From Neocallimastix sp. 'constans' (taxonomy: Eukaryota): a stretch of 64,000 nt of DNA. This document shows, one piece after another, positions 1-14,227 of this stretch. Positions within the stretch are counted from its first letter, which is position 1; every line of letters begins with the position of its first letter. Made by a program: the position numbers and the translations under genes. The stretch lies in assembly GCA_050613775.1 (NCBI GenBank), contig JBODTK010000013.1, positions 1,488,001-1,552,000 on the forward strand. The letters are read 5' to 3'. Below the pieces are notes generated by a model that did not search any database, was not told where the DNA came from, and worked only from the letters and a program-made list of their open reading frames with translations.

Positions 1-637
1 ATTATTTTCAATAAAAAAAAAAATTTTTTTTATAAAAATAAAACTGTAGTAGTATGTTTTAAATTATCTTAAAATTTAAAATTATTTACTTTTTAAATGT
101 AAACATAGAAATACATGTTCTTATTATTAATATCCTGTTTCGTTTATTAAAGTTAGGAAAATAATAAAAATAGTAATAGAAGAAAAGAAAAAAAAAATTT
201 TTGATTTAAATTTTAAGATGAATATATATTTAAATATTATATATATAATAAAATATGTCAAAAGAATTTAAACCTTTTTTTTTTCTATTCCTTTTTTTTT
301 TTTTTTTTTTGTGTAACAATTTATTAATATAAAATATTCTAACTATGATCGAATTATTATATTATTATGAAAAAGAAAAAAAAGATTTTCTAAAATAATT
401 TTGTTTCAAATGAAATATATATAAATTAATAATTTTATGTACTTTTTATTTTTACTTCATAAATAAATAATATATATAAACATATATGTTAATAATAATA
501 ATAATATATATAATAAATCCTATAAAAATCTATTTTGAGGCTAATAATATACTTCATAAACTAAATCAAATTAATGTAGAAAATATTCATTTTTTACTTT
601 ACATTTTATAAATATTAAATATTTAAATAATTATGTT

Positions 638-678
<41 letters not shown>

Positions 679-2387
679 CATAAAGTTTAATAAGAAATAT
701 AATAAATATATAATATATAATTTGTCAATAATTATATTAAAAAAAATAATTAAACAACTTTACATATTTTTTTAAATTTAAAATTATTTCAATATTATAA
801 AATATTCTTATTATAATTCTATTTAAATTAAATATAATAAAATAAAAAAAAAAATATTTAAATATAAAATATTAGAATATTATTAATGAAATAATGTCAA
901 TTTGCATTAATGATGATAAAAAAAAAATAGTAAAATGTAAATTAAAATTTTAATTTTTATATTTATTTAAAATACAATTAAGACAAAAAGGATTTTATGT
1001 TGAGAAATCTTTTTTTGCCTTATTTCTTCAATTATTAAATAATTTTACGGAGATTAAATAATGTAAAATAATCTATTTTAATATATTCCTTTATATTTAT
1101 GTATATATATATATATATATTTTTTTTTTAATATGCCATGTATGTTACACAAATAAAAATCATTTATATTAATCATTAAATATTAATATTCATATTAATA
1201 ATATATAATACATATTTATATATATATATTTTTATTATAAAAAAAAAGGGAATGGTGATATGCTAAAATAATTGAATACTTTTCTTTTTATAAGGATTAT
1301 TCATTTTCTGAAAATGTGGATTATTAAAATTTTAATAAATAATTTTAAAAAATAATGGTCATATTAAGATTAAAGATTTCATTATTATTATTATTATTAT
1401 TATTTTATTATTATTATACTTTTTATATTTATTTTTTAAAAAAGAAAGTTTTTTAAAAAATAATATTGATATTTTCATTATACATATATATTATTGAATC
1501 TATAAAAAATATTTAAAATAAAATAAAAAAAAAAAATTAAAAAATAATCTTTATATTAATTTATATTAATATGAAAATTAAAATTAAAAGCTTTATATTT
1601 TAAATTTAAATATAATGTATAAATAAAATATGCATTAAAAAAAAATATTCATTAAAAATAAAATATCATTTTAAAATAAAATATTTAAATAAAAGTATTA
1701 GTAAAAAAAAAAATATATATATATATATATATTTTTAACCTCATTAATTTTGTAGTATTCATAATATTAATGATATAGATATAAATGTTATTAATAAAAA
1801 TATTTAATATTGGTTTTATTTTATATTATACTATAAAACAAAAGTTTTCCATTAAAATGTATAAAATATTATTAAAATAAAAATATTTAATAGAAAATTT
1901 GTTTTATAATATTCATAAAATTAATGTTATAAATATATAAGTTATTAATAAAAATATAAAATTAATAATAATAATAATAAAATATTTATTTTGAAATATT
2001 CAAAGATAAAGATTTTTTTTTTTTTTAAATTAAAATTTTAAAAAATATTAAAATTTTAAACAATTAATGTACTTTTAATTAAGAATAATTTTAATTATTA
2101 ATAATTGTCACAGAATTCTGATTATCTTTTTCATTTGATCATTATTTTGGTCATTTACTACAAATCAGTATTTATATTATTTAAATATTTAAATTATAAT
2201 TCAACAATATCTTTTCTAGGTTTTCTATTATCAATTAATTTTAATTTTGGATTCTATAGTTTTATATTGTTTTCAATTTTTATAATATTGATTTCATTAG
2301 TTTTTCCTAATTTTTTTTTTTTTTTTTTTTCCTGTCCTTTTTCTTTTGCAATCATTATAAGATAAATATTATTTATTTATAAATAGA

Positions 2388-2422
<35 letters not shown>

Positions 2423-3470
2423 ATAAGATATTTTATAGCGAAAATATATTATTTTTAGTTTTGATCCTCTTGTGGTTGAAATGTTAATAAAAAAAAATTT
2501 ATTTAATTATTATATATATTAAATTGTCTAATTATTTATTATATATTTAATCAATTTATTTAATTTTAAAATATTTTTTAAGAATATGTTTTATTTTTTA
2601 ATATTTAATAAGGAAAAATGTTTATTTAATTACGTACTATTAATATTTATTTTAATATTATATAATTATTTATTTAATTAATATTAATTATTCTGAATAA
2701 AATAGTAAATTATTTAATTTTTTTTTTTTTTAATCATAACATATTTTTAAAAAAATATTTTATTTTTTATATACGAGAAAATTAAATATTTATAAAAATA
2801 TTTAAAATATTTAATATTTATATTTATTTAATTATTATATATATTTAATTATTTATTATATATTTTTATTATTTAATTATTTATTATAAATTAATTAAGA
2901 AAATATTTAAAACATTTTATTTTTTCAATTATTAATAGAGTATTATTTATTTCTAAACCTGATTATAATTTATGTATTTATTTATAAATGTCAGAATATG
3001 TGAAATAAGTGATTGAAAGAATTATTATGTAAATAATTAAATTAATATATATATATATATTTTTCATTATTTCTATTATAAAATAAAAACAATAATTATT
3101 TAAAGAATAAAATTGTTATAAATAATTAAAAAATCATCCTTTTTTTAATAATAATAATAATTATTATTATTATAAGAAGATAAATAATTATATATATATT
3201 ATATATTATCATTTTACTTTGTATTTATTTTTATTTTTATTTTTTTATTTTTTATTTTTTATTTTTTTTTATAATAGTTTATATATATATTTAAATTTTA
3301 AAATAATTACATAACTATATAAATAAGATTTTTAATAGATTGAATGAGGTATTGGTGAATGAATTCAACGTTTTGTAAAATTAATTTATAGATAAAATAT
3401 GATTAAAAATAAACATAAGTATATATATATAATAAAAGAAGTTTACATTAATGGTATAATTTTATTTGCT

Positions 3471-3505
<35 letters not shown>

Positions 3506-3510
3506 AGGAT

Positions 3511-3707
3511 TTAATATAAAATAGATTTTCTCCATTGATTCATTTCTGTTTCGGTGGGAGGAATGGCATTTTCAAGAGAGGAATAATCATTTATCAAATC
3601 ATTGACGGTATTTAATGCATTTTGAAAATAGTCCTGATCAATGTATTGGGTATAATGATGAAGATTTGCCTAAACAGATACATTAAATATATAAAATTTA
3701 ATTATTA

Positions 3708-3803
<96 letters not shown>

Positions 3804-3945
3804 ACAAATAAACAAATAAATAAATAAATAAACAAACAAATAAATAAATAAACAAACAAATAAATAAACAAATAAATAATAATTTATATTTAAATTATAT
3901 TATTATTAATTAATTAATTAATTAATTAATTATTATTATTAGTTT

Positions 3946-3990
<45 letters not shown>

Positions 3991-4678
3991 ACTTTTTATA
4001 TATAAACTTACCTTTCTTTTATAAAGTTTAATAAAACTTCTTTTCATTTCTTTAAATGTATCTTTCATACTACAATTATTGGATAAAGTCAAGAGAGAGT
4101 ACGGCTAACAATCATTAAAAATAACAATAAATATATATGTATGATTTTAAAGAAAAAAAATTTTTATTATTTATTATTATTTATTATTTATTATTATCTA
4201 TTAATTTATTATAATTATTAATTATTTATAATATTTATCAAAAAGTTTACCTGGCCTAAAGCTGGTGTAGAACAAATACCAGTTTTCCATCCTTCTTGAT
4301 TCCAATAAATAAAATCTAATTGAGGTTTTAATCTATTAAAATATATATATACATATTATTAATATTAATTTATTGTAATATTATTTTATAAAATTAATAA
4401 ATAATTAAAAATTTAACTATTTTAAATAAATAAATAGATAAATAATTAAATAAATATTATATCAATATTTAAAATTTTATATTTTTTAGTTAAAAAAATA
4501 TTTTTATATTACTTCTCAATATTCCTTCGGATATCAGATATTTCAACATTTCCTCTTAACATTAAGGCACAGGCTAAAAATCTTTATTCATTTTTTTTAA
4601 ATATATATATATAATAATATATAATATATATAATAATAATAATAATAAAATATTAAAAAAATATTTAATTTTTATACA

Positions 4679-4756
<78 letters not shown>

Positions 4757-5961
4757 TTTTCTTATTTTACTTATTGTTTTTCAAATCAGCATTTACTAAT
4801 GAATTTTCTTTTGAAAAGGAATCTGAAAACATTTGATCAATACTTTTATTTATAAAAAAATTAAAAATGTTATAGATAATAATAATAATGGTGATAATTA
4901 CAAAATAGATAATAAATAATTAATATATATATATATATATAAATATTTTTTTTTTTTAATTTGTCATTTTAACTTTATTTTATTTTTTTTATATTTTTAT
5001 TATTTTTCTTTTTATTATTTATTTATTTATTTTTGAATATAAATAACCAAAATTTTTAATACATACCCTCTTAAGAAAGAAGAATTTGGATGATTTGCAA
5101 GGGTATAAAGAGGACTTAAACTTGAAATAATGTATTTTAATTTTGGAAAAGGAACTAAATTCATACTAATTTCATTAATATCTACATTTAAATCCCCTGG
5201 AAATCTCATAGAACTTTTATCATTATCATTATTATTATTATTTTTTTTTTTTAATAATTTATTAAAAAAAAAAAAATTAAAATAAAAAAAATAAAATTAA
5301 AATATGATTGTTATATATATATATTATTTTTTATTTTTTATTTTTTTTCTTATTTTTGTTTTTATTTTTATTTTATTTATTTATTTTTTTTTTAAAAAAA
5401 ATACCTTGTTAAATTTAAAAGCATTTGAGAAACTAAATTATTCATATAATCGAAAGGACGTGCCTTATTAAATTCAGAAGAATGAGTGGTCTGTCCTTTT
5501 GAAAAACAGGAATCAACAATCGTATGCCGTATGGAGGCCTCTCTTACTTTTAAAGAGAGAGGATCAACTTCCTTTTGGTTTCCTTCTTTTAATTTAAATT
5601 TTAAAGTAGAATCCTTATAGGAGGAGGATGTCTTTGTAATTTTTTGTGAGATACGTTCACAAATTTCTGAAAGTGCTTTATTATCCAGAGGAAAAACACA
5701 ATCTGCACTTTCATTCAACGCATTTAAAGAAAGTAGACTGTATTTCAAAAAAAAATAATTTTTTTTTTGTTTGTTTTTGTTTTATCATTATTTTATTAAA
5801 TTTTATTATTATTATTTATTATCAATATTATTTTTATTATTAAAATATATAAAATTATTTATTATAGAATATAAAGATAATAAAGAAGTATACAAATTAA
5901 TAAAAAAATAATAAATGAAAAATTGAAATATTTTTTATTTTAATTTTCCTTCTTCTTTCCT

Positions 5962-6009
<48 letters not shown>

Positions 6010-7482
6010 TATTATTATTATTTTATTTTTATTTTTATTTTTATTTTTATTTTTATTTTTATTTTTATTTTTATTTTTATTTTTATTTTTATTTTTATTT
6101 TTATTTTTATTTTTATTTTTTTTTTTTTTTAAAAAAATTATTATTATTATTATTTACCTATTATATGGTGAAGTAATAACATCATCATCTTTACAATTTG
6201 GAAAAATTGCTGTAGAGAACCGATAGATATTTGGAAATTCATCTCTCAATAAGGAGCATATATACGAACCTAAACCAGAACCTGTTCCTCCTCCAATGGA
6301 ATGGCAAAGAATAAAGGTTTGAAGACTGTCACAAACTTCTGCTTGATGTCTTATAACATCTAAGAGAGCATTATGATAGGCTGTACCATATTCTGAATAA
6401 CCTACTGCCCTATGAATATATAATACCATATTATAACATATCACACAATATAATATTGTATAATTAGATAATTATTTTATTGAAAAAGAAAAAAAAAAAA
6501 AAAAAAAAATGAAAAAAATGAATAGATTATTCTTTACTTCAATAATCATATTCTATTTTTCTTATTTTTTAATTATTTTCTATTTTTTTTGCGATAAAAA
6601 AATATTCCAATCGTCTAATTTACCAGTTATTACCACTACCAGAATTACTCATCACTAATTGATCATCCTTAAAAAGAAATCCTTGAGGACTAGCGCGTAT
6701 TTGATTAATAACATTTTCTTCCATATCAACTAATACACACTTTTTTTTTTTTTTTTTAGTAATTGGTGAGTATTAAATAAATATTAAATAACATATATAT
6801 TTATACGAATATATACATATATATATATATAATGAAAATTATAAAATGGAGTAATACATATATATAACAAAATATAAAATATAAAAATATAAAAATATAA
6901 AATATAAAAATAAAATATAAAATATAAAATATAAAATATAAAATATAAAAATATAAAATATAAAATATAAAATATAAAATATAAAATATAAAATATAAAA
7001 TATAAAATATAAAATATAAAATATAAAATATAAAATATAAAATATAAAATATAAAATATAAAATATAAAATATAAAATATAAAATATAAAATATAAAATA
7101 TAAAATATAAAATATAAAATATAAAATATAAAATATAAAATATTAAATATAAAATATAAAATATAAAATATAAAATATAAAATATAAAATATAAAATATA
7201 AAATATAAAATATAAAATATAAAATATAAAATATAAAATATAAAATATAAAATATAAAATATAAAATATTAAATATAAAATATAAAATATAAAATATAAA
7301 ATATAAAATATAAAATATAAAATATAAAATATAAAATATAAAATATAAAATATAAAATATAAAATATAAAATAAAAAATTTAAATATAAATTTTAGAATT
7401 TAAATTTTCAAAAAGATTTCAATTTTAAACAAGAAGTATATATAAATTAAATATCCATTATTATATATATATATATATATTT

Positions 7483-7531
<49 letters not shown>

Positions 7532-8336
7532 AATAACGCACTCTTGCTCTTAAATCAGAAAGTTTATGTTGTTTCATAAAGGTTGAACTTAAACTTGGAT
7601 CAGAAAGATGATTTATTGGTTCCATAGGTCTACCTGTCTTAGCATCTAAATTTCTAAAAAAAGAAGACATAGCTTCATCATATACTCCGTTAGGATTAAC
7701 TTGAGCATGTTCTTTTAATGCTAAATCCCAAAATCTCCATCCAATCTTTAATTATATAATATAATATATATATATAATTTTTTTATTCCCCATAATATAA
7801 TTTTCAGGAATTATAATTTTAACAGATAGAATAAGTGTAAAATATATATTTAATATAAAACTCAATTTAAAATTGAAATAAGGAAATGGGTTGAAATTAT
7901 ATATATAATATTTTAAAGTGAAACTGAAATAAAAAGAAATATATAAATATATTATTTTAAAGTGAAACAGAAATAAAAAGAAATATATATATATATTATT
8001 TTTTAATTATTTTTCAATTTGGAAAAAAGAAACTAAAAGAAAAAAAAAAAAATCTAACCTGATTTCCACACTGTCCAACTATTTATTTAATATCCATTTT
8101 ATTTCCACATTATAAATTTTTTAAATTAATAAATAAATATAAAAAATATATATATATATTTAAATAAAACATTAATAATATTACAAAAAATAAATAAAAA
8201 AACAAATAATTAAAGAGTAATAAAAAGAAGTGAATTAACAATTCATATAAATTAAAACACTCTATTACGTATTCACAATATATATATTCCAATCATTTTT
8301 AATGAAATTACCTTGTATAAAAATAGATTGAGACAT
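3511..8336 (-). CDS. TUBE1: Epsilon-tubulin, 12 exons
   Basis: Manual splicing with GT-AG introns gives MSQSIFIQ|VGQCGNQ|IGWRFWDLALKEHAQVNPNGVYDEAMSSFFRN..., CVLVDMEE...SGSGNNW|AVG, GGGTGSG, DDDVITSPYN, MRFPGDLNVDINEISMNLVPFPKL, WNQEGWKTGIC and ANLHHYTQY...SILY*. The FWDLALxEHA/DEAxSSFF and WNxEGWKTG motifs are typical of the epsilon class. ATG at 8334-8336, TAA at 3511-3513. Confidence 0.95.
3710..3875. repeat. (TAAA)n/(CAAA) microsatellite in the last tubulin intron
   Basis: Directly visible tetranucleotide run. Confidence 0.9.
6870..7372. repeat. (AAAATAT)n 7-mer tandem repeat, ~500 bp, in tubulin intron 3
   Basis: Directly visible near-perfect heptamer run. Confidence 0.92.
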
Positions 8337-9181
8337 TTAAAATAATAGTAAAGGAAAAGGTCTTCTTTTTGTTTTAAAAAAAAAAATTAATAATAAAATT
8401 AATATTTATATCTTTTCCTCTTTTATTTTTCAACTTTAAAAATACTTTTTTTTCTTTTCATTAATTTCAAAAAAATCAATCTCTCTTTTTTTTTATCACT
8501 ACATATATATTAATATTTTTTTATTTAAACTAAAATAAAAATATAAAGTTTAAATATAATAATAAAATTTAATTAAAAAGTATTAAAATTTTATAAAAGT
8601 AAAAAAAAAAAATATACTAATTAATTAATTAATTAATAATTAAATTTAAGATCTTCATATATAAATAAATTTATATTTTAATAAAATTTTTAAATTAAAT
8701 ATTTTTTTATTAATAATTTTTTTTTTTTTTTTGAATATTCGTATTATATTAATGAAAGTCAGAATATATAAAGTTTCCTTCATCATAAATAGGAAGAACG
8801 AAAGTTAATAATTTATTTTTATTCATCATTTCAACATTAATATAACAACTAATACAAAAAAAAATTTTTTTTGTATAATTATTTTTTTTATTTAATAATA
8901 ATAATAAAAATATTATTTAAAATTTAAATAATGTATTTTTTTTATTATTATTTAATCTTTTTCTTTTATTCTTTTTATTATTATTATTAATTAATATATA
9001 TTATTCATTTAATATATATAACTAATAATTCTTTCAAAATCAATTCTTTTCTCTTTTTCCTATTTTAAAATGTATTTTTAAAAAATTAAAATTTTTGTTC
9101 TTTTTTCAATCTTTTATAGTTCAACATAATTATTAGAATATATATGATTGGTGGATTAATTAAAAAAATTAATAAAAAAAA

Positions 9182-9213
<32 letters not shown>

Positions 9214-9735
9214 AAAATAAAGATTTAGAACTTTAAAAAAAAATTGAAAAGAAAGAATAAGGATTATTAATATTATTGTCTTTTGTATATTGTATATAAA
9301 ATAATATTGGATTTATTTTATAATTATTATTAATGGTCAATTATGTATGTATAATAAAATAATCTTATTAAATAAAAAAAAAAAAAAATATTTAATGTTT
9401 ATTATAAAATAATTACCTATAAATTAATAATGTCAATAATAATACACAATAATAGACATAAATACCCTTTAATTAACAATTATATCATTAATAATTGACT
9501 TTGGTTATTATAAAAATAATTATAATTAACTTTTATTTTATTTTATTTATTTATTTATTTATTTATTTTTTTTTATACGATTTAATCAATGATAAAAGAT
9601 ATTTAATATATAAATTTATATATATTTTACTATTGTTTTTGTTTTCCCTTTAAAAATTAATTCCATATATATTACATATATGTATATTGATTCACTAAAA
9701 AAAAAAATCTAATATATGAATATATTAACAAAAAA

Positions 9736-9779
<44 letters not shown>

Positions 9780-11416
9780 AAAAGGTTATAATAAAAAAAA
9801 AATAAATAAATAAAATTGATTGATGGAATTTTTTTTTTTTTTAAATTTAATTATATTTCTATATATTTTTATATTAATATTTTATTTTATGTTTTATATC
9901 CACTTTTGATTTTTTTTTTTTTTTTTTTTTAAAAATATAAATATTATTTATCCTTTTAATCTTATTGGTAAATTATTTATATATTAAAATTCTTTTTTTA
10001 TATTTATTAGTTATATTTATTAGTTTTTTATATTTATTAGTTTTTTTTTTTTTTTAAAAAAAATTAATTTATAATAAAATTATTTATAATTTTGTATTTT
10101 TATGTAAAAATAATAAAAAGAAAAATTATAAACATTAAAAAAACTAATTTTTTTTTTTCATTTCTTAATGAAATTATAAAATGACCTATTTAATATAAAT
10201 ATATATATATTTTTTTTTAAAATTTAAATTTTATATAAATTCTATTAATTCTATTTTACTTAATTATAACAAATAAAAAACTATAATAAATAAAATAAAA
10301 CATATAAATAAATTAATGAAACTATGAAACTATTTATCTTTTAATATTACAAATAAATATATATATCTAATTTTTTCATATATTAAAATAATATTATTTT
10401 TCATCTCTAAAAAAAAAAAAAAAAGATTATAAAGAAATTTATTATATTGTTTAAAAAAAATAAATAGATTAAATAAATCTTTAAATAAATTATTTTTAAT
10501 AAAACTTTTTTTTTTTTTTTTTTTTACTATATAATAAAAATACTATATAGAATGAATAATAAAAAAGAAATCTTATTTTAATATAAAAAAGTTATATATA
10601 AATATATATTTACTTGAATATAATAAATATATAAATAAAAATTATTTTGGTGAAAGATCTTTTTGCTTTTAGAATTTTTTTCTCTATTTTCATTCTCTTT
10701 TTTTTCCTATATTAAATATATAAATAAAGAAAAAGAAATATAAAAATGAAATAGTGGAAAAATAATTATAATAATTAAAAATAAAAAAAAAGTTAAGAAT
10801 AAAATAAAATTTTTTTAATATATTTTTTTCCTTACTTTTTTTTTTTTTTTTTTATTGTGATTAAATACTTATTTTATTTTTTCCTTTCTAAAAGCATAGA
10901 GATGATGATTTCTAGTGTTTTAATTTTTGAAATAAATAAAATGATTTTATTGTGAATATTTATATAAAAAATTATAACTTTAAAATTTTTTTGAAGAAAG
11001 TTGTTTAATTGGTCATTTTTCTTTAAATAATTATGATTTTATTAAAAGAAAAAATTATGGAAATGTGTTAATTTAAATAATATGTAATATTTATATTATA
11101 TTGATCAAATTTTTTGTTGAAAAAAAAAAAATTAAATAAATATAAAATTATTTATAATTAACTGTATAATTGATTTTATTTTAATTTTTGTTTTGTTGAT
11201 TTTTATAATTAAAATTATTTCTATTATATTATTATATCTTTGGTTTATTGGAATTTTTTTTTTTTGTAGAATGAATAACTTATAATATATTTTTTATATC
11301 ATAACATAATAAATATATTATATTAATAAACCATTTTCTTTCTTTAATTTTTTTCTTCTTCCTTTGTTATTCTTTATATATATATATAAATGTAATTATT
11401 TATAGACACTGTATAT

Positions 11417-11465
11417 TATTTACTCTTGTATTGAAATTATTATAATTTCAATACAAGAGTAAATA
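11417..11465. repeat. Perfect inverted repeat, 24-bp arms with a 1-nt spacer
   Basis: TATTTACTCTTGTATTGAAATTAT-T-ATAATTTCAATACAAGAGTAAATA; the arms are exact reverse complements. Confidence 0.93.
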
Positions 11466-12156
11466 TATAGTTTTATATTATTCTTTTCTTTTCCTTTTTT
11501 GTTTTTTTGTTTTCTTTTGTATTTATTGTTTCTTTTTTGTTTTGCTTTGTTTATTTTGTTTTTGTTTCTTTTATTGCTTTTTTTATTCTGTTTTTGCTGT
11601 TTTGTTGTATTGGTTTGTTTTTAATTCCATTTTCTTATTTTCTTTATGAACATTATTTCTTAAACTTTTTTTTTTTATATCATTAATTAAATAGTTAAAT
11701 GGTTTGTTAAACATTATTTACTTCCTTTTTTTAAAAATAGATAATTATATATAAATTGAATCCATTTTAAATTAAAAGATAGAACGATTTAACTTTTGTT
11801 AAAAAAAAAATATCTACAAGATAAGAAATAATATTAATAATAATTTTTACATAAAAATATTGTTATCTTTTTAATATAAATATGAGATAAAAAAAAAAAA
11901 TAGAAATTATTAAAAAAAAAAAAATTAAATTAAAAAAAATGAAAACAAAATTACTTAATAAAAAAAAAAATTGTTTAAAAAAAAAAACATTAATATTCCA
12001 TTTAATAAAAAAATAAAAATTGAATATGCTTTTTTTTTTTTTTTTTTTTTTTTTTTTCCTTCAATCTTAGCTTCAATGCAATATATATAAACATTTATAT
12101 ATAAATTAAGTTATATTGTTAATTGTTTCCATTTTTCAATTATTCTTATTTTTTTT

Positions 12157-12194
<38 letters not shown>

Positions 12195-12197
12195 AAT

Positions 12198-14227
12198 TTA
12201 AGCTTGTTGAATAACATTCTTATAAGAAGCTTCTTCATTTTCATTACCAACTGGTTTTGGAGAATTTAAACCACCATTATTATTATTAGAATTAGACATC
12301 TTATAATTATTGTAATGATCATGATTACGTTCATGTACTGGATTACCACAACGATCTTTGCCATAACTAATTTTTTGGTTTTGATATTCTTGTCTATTTT
12401 TTATATTTTCAACAGCTTTAACAGCAGCCTTGATACTAGTGAAATTAACGAAACCATATCTTTTTTCTGGAATTAAATTAATTAATTCAATATCACCAAA
12501 TTCAGAAAAATCTTTTCTTAATTTTTCTTCAGTGGTACCTTCTTCTAATTGACCAATGTAAACATTACGAGTAGCACCATTTTGAATGGCAGTTGAAAGA
12601 TGTTGAGAAAGAGTTGGGTGCTTACCCCAACCAACTTTAGTAATTCTCTTACCTTTAATTATAATACCTTCACAAGAAACCTTATTATAGAAACTAGTAG
12701 CAGTATTTGGATCAACAAAAGTAACAAATGCACAATTACCTTCAGATTTATATTTAATTTCTTGTAAAATACCACCACGAATAACATCACAAATATCCTT
12801 AATGGTAATATCTGGACCGAAACCGCCTAAATAAACAGTACGATTAAAAGTAGGATTACTATTAAGAATAACCGTTGGGAAGGAATTTGAATAAAGGTTT
12901 GGATAATTAGTGGCAGTTGAAGAAGTAAGTTGGAGTAAATTTGGATAAGAATTATTACCATATTGGGAGTAAGGAAGACCATTATTATTACCAAAAAGAA
13001 GTGCATTGCTATTAGAATTAGTCTTTAACTTAACCGGGAGAGCACAACGATCATTACCATAGTTGATACGATGGTCAATCCAACGTTTTTCATTTTGGAA
13101 AGTTTGAATAGCCTTCAAAGCAGCAGCAATACTTGTCATATGGACAAAGGCAATACGCTTTTCTGGAAGAACTTTGATGACATCAATTGGACCAAATTGA
13201 GAAAATTCTTTTTCAAGATAGGACTCAGTAATAGTTTCATCCAAATTACCAATGAAAATATTTCTAGAAGCATTATTTTGAACTGCTAAAAGAATATTTG
13301 GAGAAATTTGAACAGGTTTACCCCAACCAATCTTTGCATCTTGATTATGGATAGTAATACGTCTTAGAGTAGCACTTTGATAAAAGGCTACAGCAGAGCT
13401 TGCTTCCACAAAAGTTACAAAAGCATAATTTTTGTCATCAAAGATTTTAACATTATCAAGTTTTCCACCACGGACATGATTTAATAATTCTTCATAAGTA
13501 GTACCGGTTGGTAAATTACCAATATAAACAGTACGAAGTAAAGGATTAATCATCATTTGTGGTTGAGAATTTGGTGAACTAGCAGTTTGAGAATTATATA
13601 ATTGAGCTGGTGAGGTTGGAAATTGTGTTGTTTGTGGGGATGTTGGAGCATAAGAAATTGGGCTAGCTGAAGTAGTTGCATGAGGTGGATAAGGTGAGTA
13701 TTGACTATATTGAGTATTATTGCCTTGAAATTGGCCCATAGTTAAATTTGGAACTGCCATATTATATTTTGGTGTAGCAGATGATGGGGAATATGGTGCT
13801 GCTTCAGCATTATATTGATTTGGTCCCATTTGTTGTTGTACTAAAGGTTGAGTAGCAATACCAACATTATACTGAGTATAATAGTCAGGTATCACAATAC
13901 TGTTTGGACTTTGTGGATTGTAGTTCATTGAATTATTTTGAACTGCTATTTTTCAAAATATAATATTATATAATATTATTTATTTAACAAATTAATTATT
14001 ATATTCATCATATTTTAAATATTAATTTTATATTTAATGGAAAAAGATAACAACAACAGAAAAAAGTATTTAATAAAAAAACAAAAGAAAATAAAAGAAT
14101 ATTGATTTTCAGTTTAAAAAAAAAATATATATATATATATATAAATATATATATTTTGTATTTAACAAAAAGAACTTTCAAATTATATGTTGATTATTAA
14201 TATACCTTGAGTTATAATGGCAGGCAT
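12198..14227 (-). CDS. Four-RRM RNA-binding protein, S. pombe Nrd1 / S. cerevisiae Mrn1-like; exon 1 14206-14227, exon 2 12198-13945
   Basis: Two RRM pairs (RTVYIGNL..YAFVTF..KIGWGK, RNIFIGNL..IAFVHM..YGNDRC; RTVYLGGF..KVGWGK, RNVYIGQL..YGKDRCGN) after a Q/S/P/Y-rich N-terminus. An upstream exon ATG CCT GCC ATT ATA ACT CAA G|gtata joins ag|CA GTT CAA AAT AAT TCA ATG in frame, adding MPAIITQAVQNNS to the track ORF. Confidence 0.88.

Noticed and set aside
2105..2365. Short hydrophobic F/I/L/Y-rich ORFs (also 8110, 16332, 29669, 44860, 47184, 47506, 48877, 54241, 54264)
   Set aside because: Expected by chance in very AT-rich DNA, or antisense to real exons; no recognisable motifs.
3670..3855. 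(FIYL)n ORF
   Set aside because: Intronic (TAAA)n microsatellite.
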